Notes: a model not told the origin generated them from the letters alone. Shown: positions 27,101 to 40,688, counted from the first letter of the whole stretch. The stretch is DNA of 62,892 nt, filler included, from Platydemus manokwari (GCA_037951405.1; 6 parts of 6 records of this genome joined end to end with filler, not necessarily neighbours in it); one strand, 5' to 3'. Numbers and translations are program-made.

Positions 27101-28787
27101 CTTTTTATCATGTAATTATTTTAATAAAAGACCATGCTATATTAAATAAAATGAAATAATTAGTTAATATCTTTAAAAAATTTTTATCAAATTATACATA
27201 GATGCATCCTTAAGGTGGATCACCATTGTATGTGGTTAGTTCAATTGCATTTCATTTCATTATTTAGAATTCTATTTCAGGGTTTCGAATTGCATTGGAT
27301 TACATAATCAAAAATGTTTTTTCTTATTTCTCCTTTATGGTACTGCATATTGCTTCACAGTGTCCGTTATGACATTTGTCTCTTTCATGCTTATTATTGG
27401 TGTTAGTTTTTTTATAGATATTTATTTTTTATGCTTAAAATGAAAGTTTAAATCAAAGATCTAATTATAAAAAATAAATAATTAATTTTATAGAAATTAC
27501 CAGTATTTCAATTGATAATATATTTAATTTATTGTGTTAATTATTATGAAAATGTTTTTATGATGTCGAGCATTCAATTTATTGTCACTCCAATATGTAA
27601 AGCAACGTTCAGTATCCTCAAAATATAAATAGAGACTGAAAAGTTTTTATTTTAATAATTTAAGTTCACATAAGAAATAATTTCACCATATGAGGGTTTT
27701 GATAATTTTTCTGATCAAATCATTACATTTTCCATAGCTAATAATTTCGTGGTCTCAGCTGCTTTTTAAATTCAATTGATGCATATCGTTTTTTTTAATT
27801 TTTATAATTTTAAGAATTTTATTTTTATTTTAGTTATTAAAGTTCCTAATTTGATTTCTTACTAACTATAATCCCCATCATTTTATCTCTGAAGAGTTAG
27901 AACTTATTTTTTATTTTAATCAACTTTATTGAAGATTTTCTCTTGACTAGGAGAATTTAAAAGAGATTTCTTTTCCTTTACTCAACAGTAACAAAAAATC
28001 TTGTATGCTCTAAAACTGCGTGCGAAATTATTAAAATTTTCTTTTCTTTCCTTTGGTTATTGGAAATGTAATATCATTAATATTATCCTTAGCATTACAT
28101 CACACGATTACCATTTAAATATTATCGGTGACTATTTAATATTTAAAATGGCATGAGTTCATTTCTAGCAAGAATCGATACTCAAGTACGAAGACGACTT
28201 CAATATTGTCGTGACATTTATTGTGGCATCCATTTTCTTCTTGGGGAAATTCATTTTGTGCTTGTATCATTTGATAATGATTTTACAAAATAAAACCAGC
28301 ATCGGTGATGATTTAGTTCCTTGGATTTCTGTTTTATTTTTGATTTAGAAATTCTCCAAGAATATATTTTTATCAATAAAATGACTTACAACGTTGGTCT
28401 TTTGAAGAATTTTTATCAGGTCTTTGGGAAGAATAAACTCATGTGGCTGATACCGATAGAGACGAGGTTATGCAAATTTCTTTAGTTTTTATTCACTTTT
28501 ATTACCATCTGATAAAGGTTTCGAAGTTTGTTAAATATTTTAAAATGTTATGTAAGAAAAAGAATTGAGATAACGCTTTTTAAGTAATCAATAAACAATC
28601 CTTCATGGATGAAGCTTTTTGAAGATATTCACCTCTAAATTAATTTATTTAATAGACTTTCGTGAATATTTTGATTTTTGTAAAATAACGAGTTCATTTA
28701 TTCATTTTATAATATTTGATTACATATTTTAGCCATCACAATGGATATGAATGGGATATCCGCATGGTAAATGAGAATTATGAATGA
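21184..28787 (+). CDS. ZDHHC palmitoyltransferase (ZDHHC2/15/20-like), 5'-partial; exons 21184-21380, 27202-27234, 27281-27401, 28169-28304, 28349-28466, 28733-28787
   Basis: Spliced product RFCLKCYLIKPDRSQHCSLCGR/CILKVDHHCMW/VSNCIGLHNQKCFFLFLLY...YHLIMILQNKTSIE...YNVGLLKNFYQVFGKNKLMWLIP..NGYEW*. All introns are GT-AG and phase-compatible. AATAAA at 28814. Confidence 0.92.
22211..24200 (-). mobile_element. Degenerate retrotransposon integrase-like relics inside the ZDHHC intron
   Basis: Weak integrase-like peptides (T..ILKQVTW, FTIDLG, FVDDLSSK, HGKSP). Boundaries approximate. Confidence 0.3.
24441..25586 (+). mobile_element. Decayed mariner element (mellifera-subfamily-like) in the ZDHHC intron
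   Basis: TIR TTGGGTTGGTGCATAAATT / AATTTATACACCAACCCAA with TA duplication. Transposase remnants KNEHFRHLVLFYF, RTARKWFSKF.SGNFDL.DAPRS.RP, WVPHLL, VTGNEKW, HANVWPH, HSPYSPDLS. Catalytic Asp residues mutated; frameshifts. Confidence 0.93.
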
Positions 28788-29333
28788 CATTTCTTTAATA
28801 TTTACTTTCTTTAAATAAATTCAGAATTCTTTTAATTTAAAATTTCGTTGTGTTTTTTATAATAAACTAATTATAATAAGAATCCGGTAGCCCATCATAA
28901 AACTTAATTTGTAAAACTCTTTTAACGAATAATAACTTGAGAACTTATTTGATAATTGGAATGATTGAGAACAGCTAAATATAAAGGAATTCAAAATAAA
29001 AAAATGACATTTAAAATATCAAGGAATTAGAGTGATAGAATTCCCATTTTTAGTTTTAATAAAGAAAATTATATTTTATTACCAAAGCAATCAATATCAA
29101 CCAGCGTGTGCCGGACACTATTCCTATTCGAAGCATTCAAACAGTTTATGCCATTTTCCATATTTTTATATAATATTCAGTTTTTTAATGTTTCGATTTA
29201 TTAAATTTTGAAATTTCAAAAAAAATTACTTGAAAGAATTTCGTTCATTTTTTATCTAATAAAAATGGCTTATGTCCGGAATCAAAATAAAATAAAATAT
29301 TAATAACCATAAAAATATCCCATCTTCTTCAAG

Positions 29334-29360
29334 AATAATAATAATAATAATAATAATAAT
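29334..29360 (+). repeat. (AAT)9 microsatellite
   Basis: Read directly. Confidence 0.9.
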
Positions 29361-30011
29361 TGTTGGAAAGTTCAGAATGTAATAAAAAATAATTGCTTTT
29401 TAAAAAGTTATTAATACCAGAATTTTTAGATTACAAAAACGTAATGCTGAATAAAGATGAAATCTGACAAAAGTAAAAGCGATCTTGCACATTAGGACCG
29501 TTAATTTTACACCTTAAGCATTGCATGCCTACACAGTCATGCAAGCATAGCAACGAATCAATCACGAGGAACTTAAATGAAAATGTCATAACTACATAGT
29601 AACAGATATAGGAATTGACCAACATCAAGCCTAAAAATCAATAAATTCAGTTGGAACTTGAGAAATTAAAAATCAAATCAATAATTGATAAAATACTATA
29701 GCATCAAAGCTCATTCGGTAATATTAATTTCCATATTATTAATATAGAATTGATAAGTAAATTGGTTAGGGAAAGAAAATACTTAAATTCTGGTATGACA
29801 AGCGTTTGAAAAACTTATAAGATTAAAAAAACATTTCAACCTACTAAAAATATAATATAGCATATTTCAAAAGAATCTGATGAAATTTTAGAATTCTCAA
29901 ATAAGTATTCAATAAAAATTTTTAAATGGTTGTTAGCTTTCTTTTAAAAAACATGAATGGCTTATTAAAAGTGAGACAATTTTGCGTCAATCAATATATT
30001 TAAAATGTAAT

Positions 30012-30111
30012 NNNNNNNNNNNNNNNNNNNNNNNNNNNNNNNNNNNNNNNNNNNNTTAATTAATTAANNNNNNNNNNNNNNNNNNNNNNNNNNNNNNNNN
30101 NNNNNNNNNNN
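30012..30111. other. Artificial contig linker
   Basis: N44-TTAATTAATTAA-N44. Confidence 0.97.
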
Positions 30112-30800
30112 CCAGTATTTCGTAGTGTTCTTCTATCGTTTTTGAGAATATTAGTATGTCATCCAAATATACCATGGCTCCTTTTTCTTTAATATCCATA
30201 ATATTTTTGTCAACAATTCTTGAAATGTTCCTGGTGCTGTTGCAATCTCAAACCGCATCTGTGTAAAACAGTATTGCCCCTCTTTCGTCGAGAATGCTGT
30301 TTTGTCTTGTGATTATTTGTCAACCTCTACTTGATAATATGCATTTCCCAAGTCTACCGATGTGAAATACTTAGAGCCATGTAGAGTGTCTAATAGATCA
30401 TCTATATTTGGCATGGGAAACGCTTGTCTCTCCGTTATTAAGTTTTGTTGTCGAAAATCAAGGCATAATCTTATATCCTTTCTATCTTTTTTCCATATAC
30501 ATACAAGTGGCCTATTCCACGGAGAATTACATTTTCTTATAATGCTATTTTCTCTATAATTCTTGATTGCCTCTTCTATCTTTCCTTCTAAATTTGCTGG
30601 TTGTCTTCGAGGTTTGATATTTAAGGGACTCCGATTTGTAACAATCTTATGTTTTACTAACTTTGTACAATCCCAATGGTCAGCCATGAATAAGTTCGCT
30701 TTTAAAATTCTCCATATCCTTCTTTCACTGCAAGGCATTTTTTTGCTTTCTTGAATCTATCTTCATCGGTTATATTCCTACCAAATCTCGCTGTTATCTC
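30112..30800 (-). mobile_element. Ty3/Gypsy reverse transcriptase fragment (element A)
   Basis: SPWNRPLVCIWKKD..IRLCLDFR..N...FPMPNIDDLL..L.GSKYFTSVDLGNAYYQV, then KTAFST..GQY, APGTFQ and YLDDILIFS (about 30158-30169). One in-frame stop. Confidence 0.93.
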
Positions 30801-30849
30801 ACAAATGGAGGTATTTAATTTTGTTTGTTTGTGATGAGGGTTATTTTGC

Positions 30850-33800
30850 CATTGTAATTCTAATCCAAATTCTTCTTGAAACTATATTCCGCAGAAAATT
30901 CTACAACCTTTTCTTTTACCAGTGAATTTCTTTAAGTTTGTGGCTACTGATTTTAGCTGGTTTTCCACATGTCTTTGACCGTTCTAATCATCCTTTCAGC
31001 TAAGCCATTTCCAAAACATATTGCTAATTCTTTCATTTCCATTCCTTCGAAGACTCTGTCTCGATCAATGAGCATTGATTTTGGGGTAAGATATCTATAG
31101 ATCCATTTATCGATAATGGCCTTCCAAATACTTGTTTCATCTTGTCGAATAAGTGGCACCAAGCTTACTAACTTACTGAATCCATCTACTATAACCAATT
31201 AATATCTGGTTTTAGTCATAAATTCAGCAAAGTGCACAACATCAACCACGATCTGTTCCAGAGGCCCAAACTCTTCCCTTAGCACAAGAATAACAATTCC
31301 GTACTTCATGTTCGATGCTTCGTGATATATTTGGCCAAAAGTAAATTTTTTGAATATAATCGACCAGTTTCTTCATTACCAATATGGCAAAACTTCTCAT
31401 GAAAGTATCTCGTAAGTTTCTGCGAATAAACCTCTGGTACAACAATTAGTTTCTTTTCATTCTCATTATACACCACCATATATATGTTAAATATTTACTT
31501 CTGCTTCTGTTTTCCTTAACCATTTTCGAATGGAACCAACGACAGCATCTTCCTGTTGAATATTTCTTAGTTCTTCATTATTTGCAATCGAATGCTCGAC
31601 ATCATTAATAAACCGATATATTCGCTTACCTTCTTTAGCATCTTGGTGCTGAGTTAAGCATTGTGAACAAAATGCTTCGCCTATCCTTGAGAGTCCATCC
31701 GCATTTCCATGATCTGATCCTTTCCGATATTAAAGTTCAAAATTGAATCCGGATAAGTTTGCAAACCATGTTTGAAACTGAGGGCTTATCAGTTTGTTAG
31801 ATTTCTTCATGTATGTCAAGGCTTTGTGATAGATGCGGGTCACAATTTTCTTTCCCAACAAATAATGTTTAAAGTGCATAGTAAACTCGTGGATTGCCAA
31901 AAGCTCTTTCCTCGTGACGCAATAACCTTTTCCATGACTGTTAAGAGTTCTAGAACCACAGGCTACTACTACTCTTTCTTTTCGATTGTCATCTAGCTGA
32001 CTTAGAACGCCTCCAATTGCTCCGAAACTAGCGTCAGTGTCTAAAATCATCTCTTTGTTTGGATCTGGAAAGGCCAAAATCGGAGCTGTGCATAATTGTT
32101 CCTTAAGGTTTCCAAAACTTTCCTCACACTCTAAACTTTACTCCAATTTCTTGTCACTTCGAGTCATCATCGCAAATAACGATGCTGTAATTAATGCGTA
32201 ATCCTTGATAAATAATTACATAATAATTACATAATCCTAGGAACGAGCTCAGCTGAGTGATGTAACCAGGTTTAATTGCTTCCTTAATTTTCTTTACTTT
32301 ATCGTCATTAGTTTGTATACTTTCTGCACTGACCGTATGACCCAGGAAATTCAATTTTCTAGTGGCAAAAGTGCATTTCTCGGGATTGATTTTCAAACCT
32401 GATGATTTAATTAACCTTAATACCTTGTTCAATTTATCATTGTGTTCCTTTACTGTTCTTCCATACACTAAAATATCGTAGAGATAAACCAGAACGCCTT
32501 TGTAAATCAAGTCCTTGAATATAGTATTCATTTGACTCTGAAACGTTTCTGGCGCGGTACATAATCCAAAAGGTAGTCTGTTAAAACAGAACTGCCCAGT
32601 TCTAGAGCTGGACGCCGTTTTCATTTTAGAATCTTTCTCAAGTTCAATCTATCGTGGGGAAAACTGTCGCTCCATACACTGAGTCCAATAACGTTTGAAT
32701 GTCAGGTACCGGAAAAAAAATTTCTCAGTTTGTTCGTTTAATTTTCTGAAGTCTAAACACATCCTGATCGATCCATTTTTCTTAGGAACCACGACTAAAG
32801 GAGAGTTCTAATGGCTCTTGCAAGGTGTTATGACATTATTTTTCAGAAGATTTTCTATCAATTCATGAATTTTGGTTTCTAAACTTATTGGCTGCCTTCT
32901 GGGGTTTTGAGCAATAGGTTCCACTTTTGTACGGATTTCGTGCTTCACCAAATTTGTTAATCCCAAATCGATCCGAGAAGCCATAAAAATTGAACAATTT
33001 TCTTTTATACACCTATTCAATGAAATATCGTTCTGGTTAGCAATACTCTTCAGTGCCATTTCGATTCTGTCTTGGTCGCTGTATTTCTTTCCCACATCCT
33101 TGGGAACAATTGATTTTATCCTTGCAAGGAATATTTCACAAGTCTTCATCATATCAACTCCTTCGATGAATCCTGGTGAAATTTCTTTTACAACAATGAT
33201 CTCCTTTACTAGAATTTTGTTGTTCCAAGATATTGGATCCTTATTTTCCCTAGACGCGATTTTGTGTATTGGAGAATACACTAGCCAATCGAACTTCCGA
33301 ATTTTTAATCTGCGGCTCTCCAATGCGCTTCCAATTGCTCTCGTTAATTACTGTTATTGATGCACCAGAATCCCATAACGTTTCGATATGTTTGCCGTTG
33401 CACTCAATTTTACTACACTGTCTTTCATCTGCTTTCTAATACATCTGTGAATGTTTCCTCTTGCCGTTTTCCTTCTCTGCTTCTATTCTATCTCTAGCTA
33501 ATATATGTCCTATTGACTCAACTCCACTGACGAGATAGGCACAGGAGGTTGATTCGAATTTTTTTAGTCTTCCATGGAGAGTGAGCTTACACAATCACTT
33601 GCTTCACTTTCAGTTTAAATATTGGCTTCATCTTCTTCGTTATGGATGCATACGGAACGAGTGTCTTTCTTTTCCGCATATCAAACATTTATTCCGCAGT
33701 GGACATTCAAACTTCCGGTGTCCAAGCTCACTACAGCAAAAACAAGCACTTGGTTTCAAAAAATTGAAACGTGATGTGGGTTTTCCTCTACAATCGTTGT

Positions 33801-34573
33801 AGAATTTAGTAGCCTTCATTGATCTTATTGGTCTCTCATTGTTTGGAGATTCAGTGCGATTAACTGATGCTTGATGCGCTTTCCTGCACAATTGGACTTG
33901 GCTTTTTGAATTATGTCTCCATCTTAAAGGTCTTTCTTGGTTCACTTTGAAATACCGACTGAGCATATATCTTCTTGATGGCGTTTATGGTCTTCGTAGG
34001 AGTTAACTTCTCAAAATTGACAGCTAGTTCTCTTCTTCTATCGTTGGACATTGCAGGATCGAGAGTAAAAGACTCTTTCAATTTCTTGCTATTTAAACCT
34101 TGTAGAATAAATAGTCTTGAAATTTCTTCAAGAGTGTTTTTCTTGTCAAACACTCCAAAACTAGGTTCTTTACTCGAAGTTCATAATTGCGATATTTTTC
34201 ATCTGATCTTTGTTGTTGTGCTGCCAAATCCTGAACCTTGTCATAAACTGTTTTTGCATGTGAAAATGTTTCTAAAAACCATTTCTCAATTTCTTCATTT
34301 GAAACAGCCACTTTGAAACTGCTGAATTCTTGCAACAGTTGTTTGGCGTCATCTCTCAAAAGCATATCAAATGCAAATGATAGTTCCATTTGATTAAAGG
34401 TCGCGAAGTCTTTGGTTGTTTGGAACCATTTCTCAGCGTCTTGGATTGATAAATCGAAGAATGATGGTTTTTGTATTCATAGTTCCTGCGTTTTTTCTGG
34501 CAGATTTGCAAAAGTTTTCTGCCTCTCTTCTCGTTTAGCTCTAGTCAGAGCGTTCATTTCGGCGTGGTCGCCA
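30850..34573 (-). mobile_element. Decayed Ty3/Gypsy retrotransposon internal region (element B): PBS-gag-PR-RT-RNaseH-IN
   Basis: gag with two zinc knuckles (CFCCSELGHRKFEC; CLICGKERH...), protease LWDSGA (33361-33378), RT LPFGLCTAPETFQ and YLYD (mutated YLDD), RNase H ILDTDASFGAIGGVLSQ and ELLAI, integrase IVDGFSK and GNGLAERMIRT. Gypsy domain order. Many frameshifts. Confidence 0.93.
34560..34573 (-). promoter_or_regulatory. Primer-binding site TGGCGACCACG (tRNA-Arg-like)
   Basis: The plus strand reads CGTGGTCGCCA, like a tRNA-Arg 3' end with CCA. It lies immediately upstream of the gag ATG (34557). Confidence 0.75.
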
Positions 34574-35299
34574 GTAAAAAGATAACTCGTTAGCATCAAT
34601 ATTTTATTCTAATTCAAAATTACACCGTTTGTTATTTAATATTAAAACAAATCTTATTTTTTATCTAACTTATAATAATTGATATCAACACGCTATGGGA
34701 ATATTCTTTTATTATCGTTATAGTGGAGTGCTGGAATATTATTATTTGATATACTTCTACCTTAATTATAACTGTTAGCCACTACTATTTTAAAAACCAC
34801 ACATGAAAAACGAACTAAAAAGTCAAGACACCACAAATCTATTTTAATTCAAATATTTAAACACGATAAAAATAATCACACAAAGATAAACACTTCAAAT
34901 ATCACAATAAAGATTATACTACAGAAAGTTTCCCACCTGAATACAAACAATTTTCTCTTAAGTTGACTCGTTTTATAGAGATCTTTGACACTTATTTTCC
35001 AATTTTATATAAAGTTTATTTTTAGCATCACCAACTTATTCCCTCTTAGATAAAGTTTTTGATATCAAAATCACATAAATTTTCTTGAAAATTCCAGGTT
35101 ATTCTAAGAGTATCATTACCAAGATATATGACTCATTGCTTTTTTTGTTACAGTGGTAAAGGACAATGACATATGAAGCCTGAATAAAATACATAAAATT
35201 AAAATCGTACTAAAACACCTTATCACATAAAATAAATAATAAAATTGTTGAGAAATATCGGGCTTTGCAATGTCACTAAAAGAATATGTCACTGTTAGA

Positions 35300-36050
35300 A
35301 CCAAAATCAGAGCTGAAGATCAGTTAAACTCAAGTATGATTGGACTTATCCAGAATTGGAAATAAGTTTAGTTCGCTGAATATAACTGTTGTCTTGTTCT
35401 CGCAAGGTTTAATATAATTTCTGATATGGAAAATTCCCATTTAGTTTATTTTTCAAAAGTTTCACTCTTTCATATCTTCCAAAAAGAACTTTATCACTTC
35501 CGATAGATACTAAGTAAGGTGAATTTTTAAATTTTCTACGAAATATCAAAGAAATTTACTTTTGAACATTTCAATCCCTGTATTATGAAACTTAATTTGG
35601 ACTTCCATTGTATTATTACTTTTTTAAGTTTTTTAATAATCTGCTTCATCAAAAAATTGAAAAATTAGCATTTAAAGGTTTGACCATCTGTATATTTTGA
35701 AACAAGACTATATTTTAGTTTATAAAAAAAAATTTATTCTCACCATTCTGTACAACAGGTCATATGTGGCAACATTTTGAATGTTTTTCAACTTTAATTT
35801 CTTTTAAAGTTCAAGTTTCTTCCACTTCCATTGATCTTCATAAATTAAAAAAATGAGAGTACTGATCCGTAAATAACTCTGAGCTTTGCCACTGAAACTT
35901 TAAATGATTCTCAAAATGCTTAGTAGCACTAAAATATCTAAGAAATCAATACACTAGTTCTCTCAACTGGCTTCTACTGAAAATTGATCATATTTATGTC
36001 TTAATTTATAATCAGAAGCTTTTATGTGTTTCTAGTGTTAAACTTTTATT
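35300..36050 (-). mobile_element. Highly degenerate RNase H/integrase relic
   Basis: RELV.I...A.KHF-like and DGQTF-like peptides only. Boundaries approximate. Confidence 0.3.
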
Positions 36051-37311
36051 TTATGATCTATTTTTCACGATTTCAATTCATTGATTTGCCGTGACTCTTA
36101 TTTTTTAGTCAATGCATATTATATGTAATGGAAATATTTGTTTTATGTTGGATCAGATTGCCATGCCTTCGTTACTGTATGACTATGTTTGACTGTATCA
36201 AAAGTATCAAAACATGGTTCCAATTGTACCTTCTGTTGGGTATATCACAAATCAATCAAAGGAGTCAGAAGAACCAAGGGAAAAACCCCAAAAAGAGTCA
36301 ATACAGACAGATTCGATGAACTCATGTGCCATTAACCAATCAGATTTGTTCTAATGCTAATCCATATTTAGAAGCTAAGAATTGACAGCCACATACCTAC
36401 AGGCAGCAAGCTCAAATATCTGCCAATAGCACGAGATATATAAGAAAAATCTCAAGTAAATAAATCTAAATTTAGCGAATTAAAAACGAAGATTCTTGAC
36501 ATCAAGCAGACGTAGCCGATGGGTTAATAAAAAAAGTTGAGTTCCATGGATTTCTGCCAGTCTTTTTTTAGGTCGGTAACTTCAGTGCCTAACTTATGTG
36601 TGATTTTATTAATCAGTATTTTTGATTATTTTTATTTTTGTTTTTGACTTTCTGCTGCTGATCCCGTCTTGAGTGATTTTCTTTGTGAATTGTTTAAAGA
36701 GTTACTGTTACTGTTGTTGAGACTTTGAGTTTATTATTTAAGTTAATACAAATTTTTAGATCTAAGTTGTTTGATAACCCAACACTGCATTGCTTGACTC
36801 ATATATGTCTTTTGAATATTTTGTTTCTAAAATCTTTAGAGTTGAAAACATCTAGCTTCCATAAATTACAAGCCTCCGTGATTAATATACCTTTCAAAAC
36901 ATGTAATTTCATCACCTATACATTTCGGTAAATCAACTCATTTAAAAAGAAAGTATATGATTATAATTGTGTTGTTTATGTCTCCATAGGATCTACTAAT
37001 GGAATGTGTTAAGTTTACTTTAAGGTATTAAACAAAAATAATGTTGGTTTATTTTTAGTCGCGCGTGATTTTATACGTTTGACTGTTCCTAAAGGGTCCT
37101 CAACAACTGGTATTGAAGACCAAGCTGTTGGAAAAGATTTGATATTAATTTACGACTGTAGCACAGAGGATACTGAGTCACTCTGGGCCTAAAATAATAA
37201 TATGGGATTATGAACACTCTTCTCGTAATTAACAAATAGAATAATAAATAATTTATGGCAAAAATATATGATTTGACAATTCCTAGTCAAACTTTGGTCG
37301 TGAATGATCAA

Positions 37312-38337
37312 TGTGATGATATAGAAAAAAATAAACACGATTATGGGTTTAAAGTTTTTATTTTAAGAAAATGGATTTAAACAATTAATATCAAAAAGAA
37401 CACAAAAGTTTGGAATAATACCCCCTACCTCGCCTCAGCGATTAATAGGTAGTCCGTGCAACTGACGAAGATATTAAGTAGTGCGGAGAGAGTCGTTGTC
37501 GTTAATATTTCTAATCAAATCAGCTTTAGAGTTAAATTTAATCATCAATGGATATAATATTGTAAGTTAAAGTTTAGCAAATATATAAATTATTGTTAAA
37601 AGATACAACAATAATGTGAGCAATAAATAATGAAGAACACAATTTAATTAACTCTTCCTATGATCTGTGAACGGAAAATATTTCCAGCAACTCCAACTAA
37701 ATCCCTGTAGTTAATAATCTTCGTCCGGCCAGTAACTTCCTCAAAGCTTCTTTCAATAAATAATCCTTTAGTCAAGAAACTTTTTCAAAGATTGCTTTCA
37801 ATAAATAATCCTTTTGACTTTGCAAATTTGATTATTGTGAACTCGCAAAACGAATTGGTTAAGTGTGTTAAGTGCGTTTGTTCTGTGACCAGCGCCACTA
37901 TTTATACGCGCTTGGTCACATCCATTATTCTCTAACGGCTCTTCATACCGATATTTGTATCTTTAACCTCCTGTAAATTTTCACTTTGTCAGATTTTTTC
38001 TCACGAATTTTCAAATTAACTTTTATTTTGGTTAATTTTTCTCATAAGCTTTTCAGCCTATCCAACTAAATAATTTACCGGCTTTAACGCATTATCTAAT
38101 TTTAATTAATTTCTCTCATAATAACTTTTCTTCTTTTGACTTTGTTATTTCTCGTTTGCTCCCTTCTTGTTTTTTCTAATTTTGGTATTATCTATTAATG
38201 TCATTATTTGCCTTTTTTATTTAATCTCGATTTTATTATTTATTATTTTGTTTATTATTAATTTTCATTATTCATTATTTATTTAACAATCATGAGCTAT
38301 CCGCACCATTCATCTTCCTCGCTGCTAGATTTTAACA
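37312..38337 (-). mobile_element. Putative LTR (3' LTR of the adjacent element, or a solo LTR)
   Basis: On the minus strand it starts TGT and ends CACA, with TATAAATA at 37899-37906. No target-site duplication, clear PPT or second copy seen. Confidence 0.35.
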
Positions 38338-38799
38338 TAATATATAAAAATAAAATAATAATTAAAACACTTAATAATGGCAAACACCAATATTGTTTAT
38401 TTATTAGTCAATGTTCAAAACAAAATTGAATCATAATGTAAGAAGCCAAATTGGGTCATAATGTAAGCAAAATTGGATCACTACGCTACTCATTGTCGAA
38501 CATCGTTCATTGAAGGCAGGCTTGAATTCTGAGCTTCTGATTATCTTTGAATCTGAACCTCAGCGCAATCTATGGTCAGGGTCAAAATGCTCAATTGTAT
38601 GTTATATTACAGTGGGTTATGTTGTAAGGGCATTTATATTGTATATCTAATTGGATTATGTTCAGGTTTTTTGTGCTTTGGGTTTTAGACTACATTATGG
38701 GATTGTTATGTATTATATTACAGTAGGTTAAGGGTTTTTGTAGGTTTTGTAAGGGTTTTGTAGGGGTTGCTTGCCCAACACTACTTTGGGCTTGAAAAG

Positions 38800-40688
38800 C
38801 CTCGTCCTCCTGGCTTTAGAATTACTTTCAGGGCTTGCCACGGACTGCTTTTCTATTACTCATACTTCTGATGATCGGCAGAATATGCGCTCATGAGATG
38901 CTGCTATCTATGTCTACGTCTGGAGTAGCATTCTACAGCTCCATTGTTGATGTTTCTTCACTTTCCTTTCTTTCTATTTCCGGTGAGTGCGCCGGTGTTC
39001 CATTTCTAACTTTATTTCGAAATCCTCGTCTTCATCTATTTCTAAGACTTGTTCCTCTTCCATTTCTTTCTCCGTCTCCTCCTTTTCTCTTATCCAGTCA
39101 CTGCATTTCTTTATTGTTACATTCATTTTCTTTGCTTCTTCATGCATCTCTTTCATTTCTTTCTGATCCTGTCGTAACTCTCCTATTCGTCCTTGTAGCG
39201 CCTCCGCACTATCTCATTTGTTTGTTATTTCATTTGCTTTCTCCTCAAACCTCTTCATTTTCTCTTATTTCTTCTACCTTCCTTTGCATCTCCTCCATTT
39301 CTTACTTCGTCTTTTTTCCATTCGGATTCTTCTTCCTGCTTCCTCATGACTGCCTTGTATTTGCAGCTCCATTAGAACAGCTCCTCCAGATCTTCCTCTT
39401 CATTCCAGCGGCTGATGTCTACATCCATGTCTTCTATTCCCAGATCCATATCCTCTGTTTGTTCAACCAACATTTACTCCATCCCGCTGGTATTTGGGCC
39501 TGCTTCTTCCTTTGTCCGCTGTCCTTTTCTCGGCCAGTTCTCCACAGGGAACTGTTCTTCCCTTAGATGTTATCGTAACATGTGCTCATAAGACCTCTTT
39601 GGTAACATTGATTCCTTGTCCTTTACTTCCTCATTTAGCGGAATCAATCTCCATGCCCGTTGTGGCGGCTCCCGTTCCTTTATTATCTTTCTCGGCATCA
39701 TGGGTATTGGATCTACCCATTCCAGTACCTCTTTTAACTTGACCCTTTCTACTTCCTCATATCTTTTCACTTTCTCTTTCCAGTGGTTGGCTTGGCTGTC
39801 CAGCAGTGCTCCTTGCCTCATTCCTCTCCCTATAATATGGTAATAGATATCTTGTAACCGATGCGTAGTTGCAATTCTTCTCCCATAACCTCCTTTTTCT
39901 ATTTGCCCCTCTTTTACCAACTTTTGATTGACTATTGGTGCCCCATCAAAGTCTCGGATGCCCAGCACCTCTTCCGCTCTCACTCCTATTGCCATCAACT
40001 TTTCCTTGAGTCAATAACCGACCAGAATCCTCCGCCGCCAGATTTCTCTGAGCCTCACCGTGGCCCATTCTTCTTCCATCAGGTCTCTTACTTCGTATTC
40101 CTCAATGCCCCCTCTATCCACATGGTATTTTTTGATCTCTGCTCTTGGGCAGATTTTTCCTTCGAACAGTGTCACTCTCTCATAATTCTCTATTGCTGCC
40201 CATGTGGGATGAAATTCTCCCACGAAATCTTCCGCCGTCTTAACATCAATAAAATAAGGGCTTCCTGTTCTTCCTTTATCGTTATTTTCTTCCTTAGGAA
40301 ACTCAGGCTTCTGTCCAATGCCTGAAAGTGTGGTTTCATTTCTGCTATTATGGGATTAATGGGTATTTCAGCCAGCCACTTCCGTCCTTCTACCATTCTC
40401 TGTTCTATTGCGAAAATGGCCGGGAGGTCTGATACGCTAATTATAGCGCTCCTATAACTTCCCAATGCGACAACTCTTCTAACTGGAACCGTGTTTGGGT
40501 GATTGTTTGTACTATTAGGAAAGTGCGCTTATTTTGGGTCGGGGCCTTAAGCTTGTTGGTTATATCTTCTACCCTCTCGTATTTTCTAACCCATATATTA
40601 TGTGCAGTACCCTTGACTATAGACTGCTGCATAGCTCGTTAAAAACGGTTTGGGTAACTTGCTTTCTGGGTCTGTTTAGCATCCAAAT
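38800..40688 (-). pseudogene. Frameshifted accessory ORF3 of a Gypsy-derived element (about 600 codons; globular N-half, E/K/R-rich C-half)
   Basis: Consecutive ORF pieces 40632-40441, 40465-40190, 40223-40011, 39998-39570 and 39156-38974. Purine-rich coding-like strand. Peptide similarity to 43840-44700. Confidence 0.65.

Noticed and set aside
34560-34573. tRNA gene
   Set aside because: Only the CCA-containing 3' end is present, with no cloverleaf; it is a PBS.
38835-39566. 243-aa very hydrophobic plus-strand ORF (also 39861-40325)
   Set aside because: Best explained as the antisense shadow of the GA-rich E/K/R coding strand. Non-ATG start, no motif.
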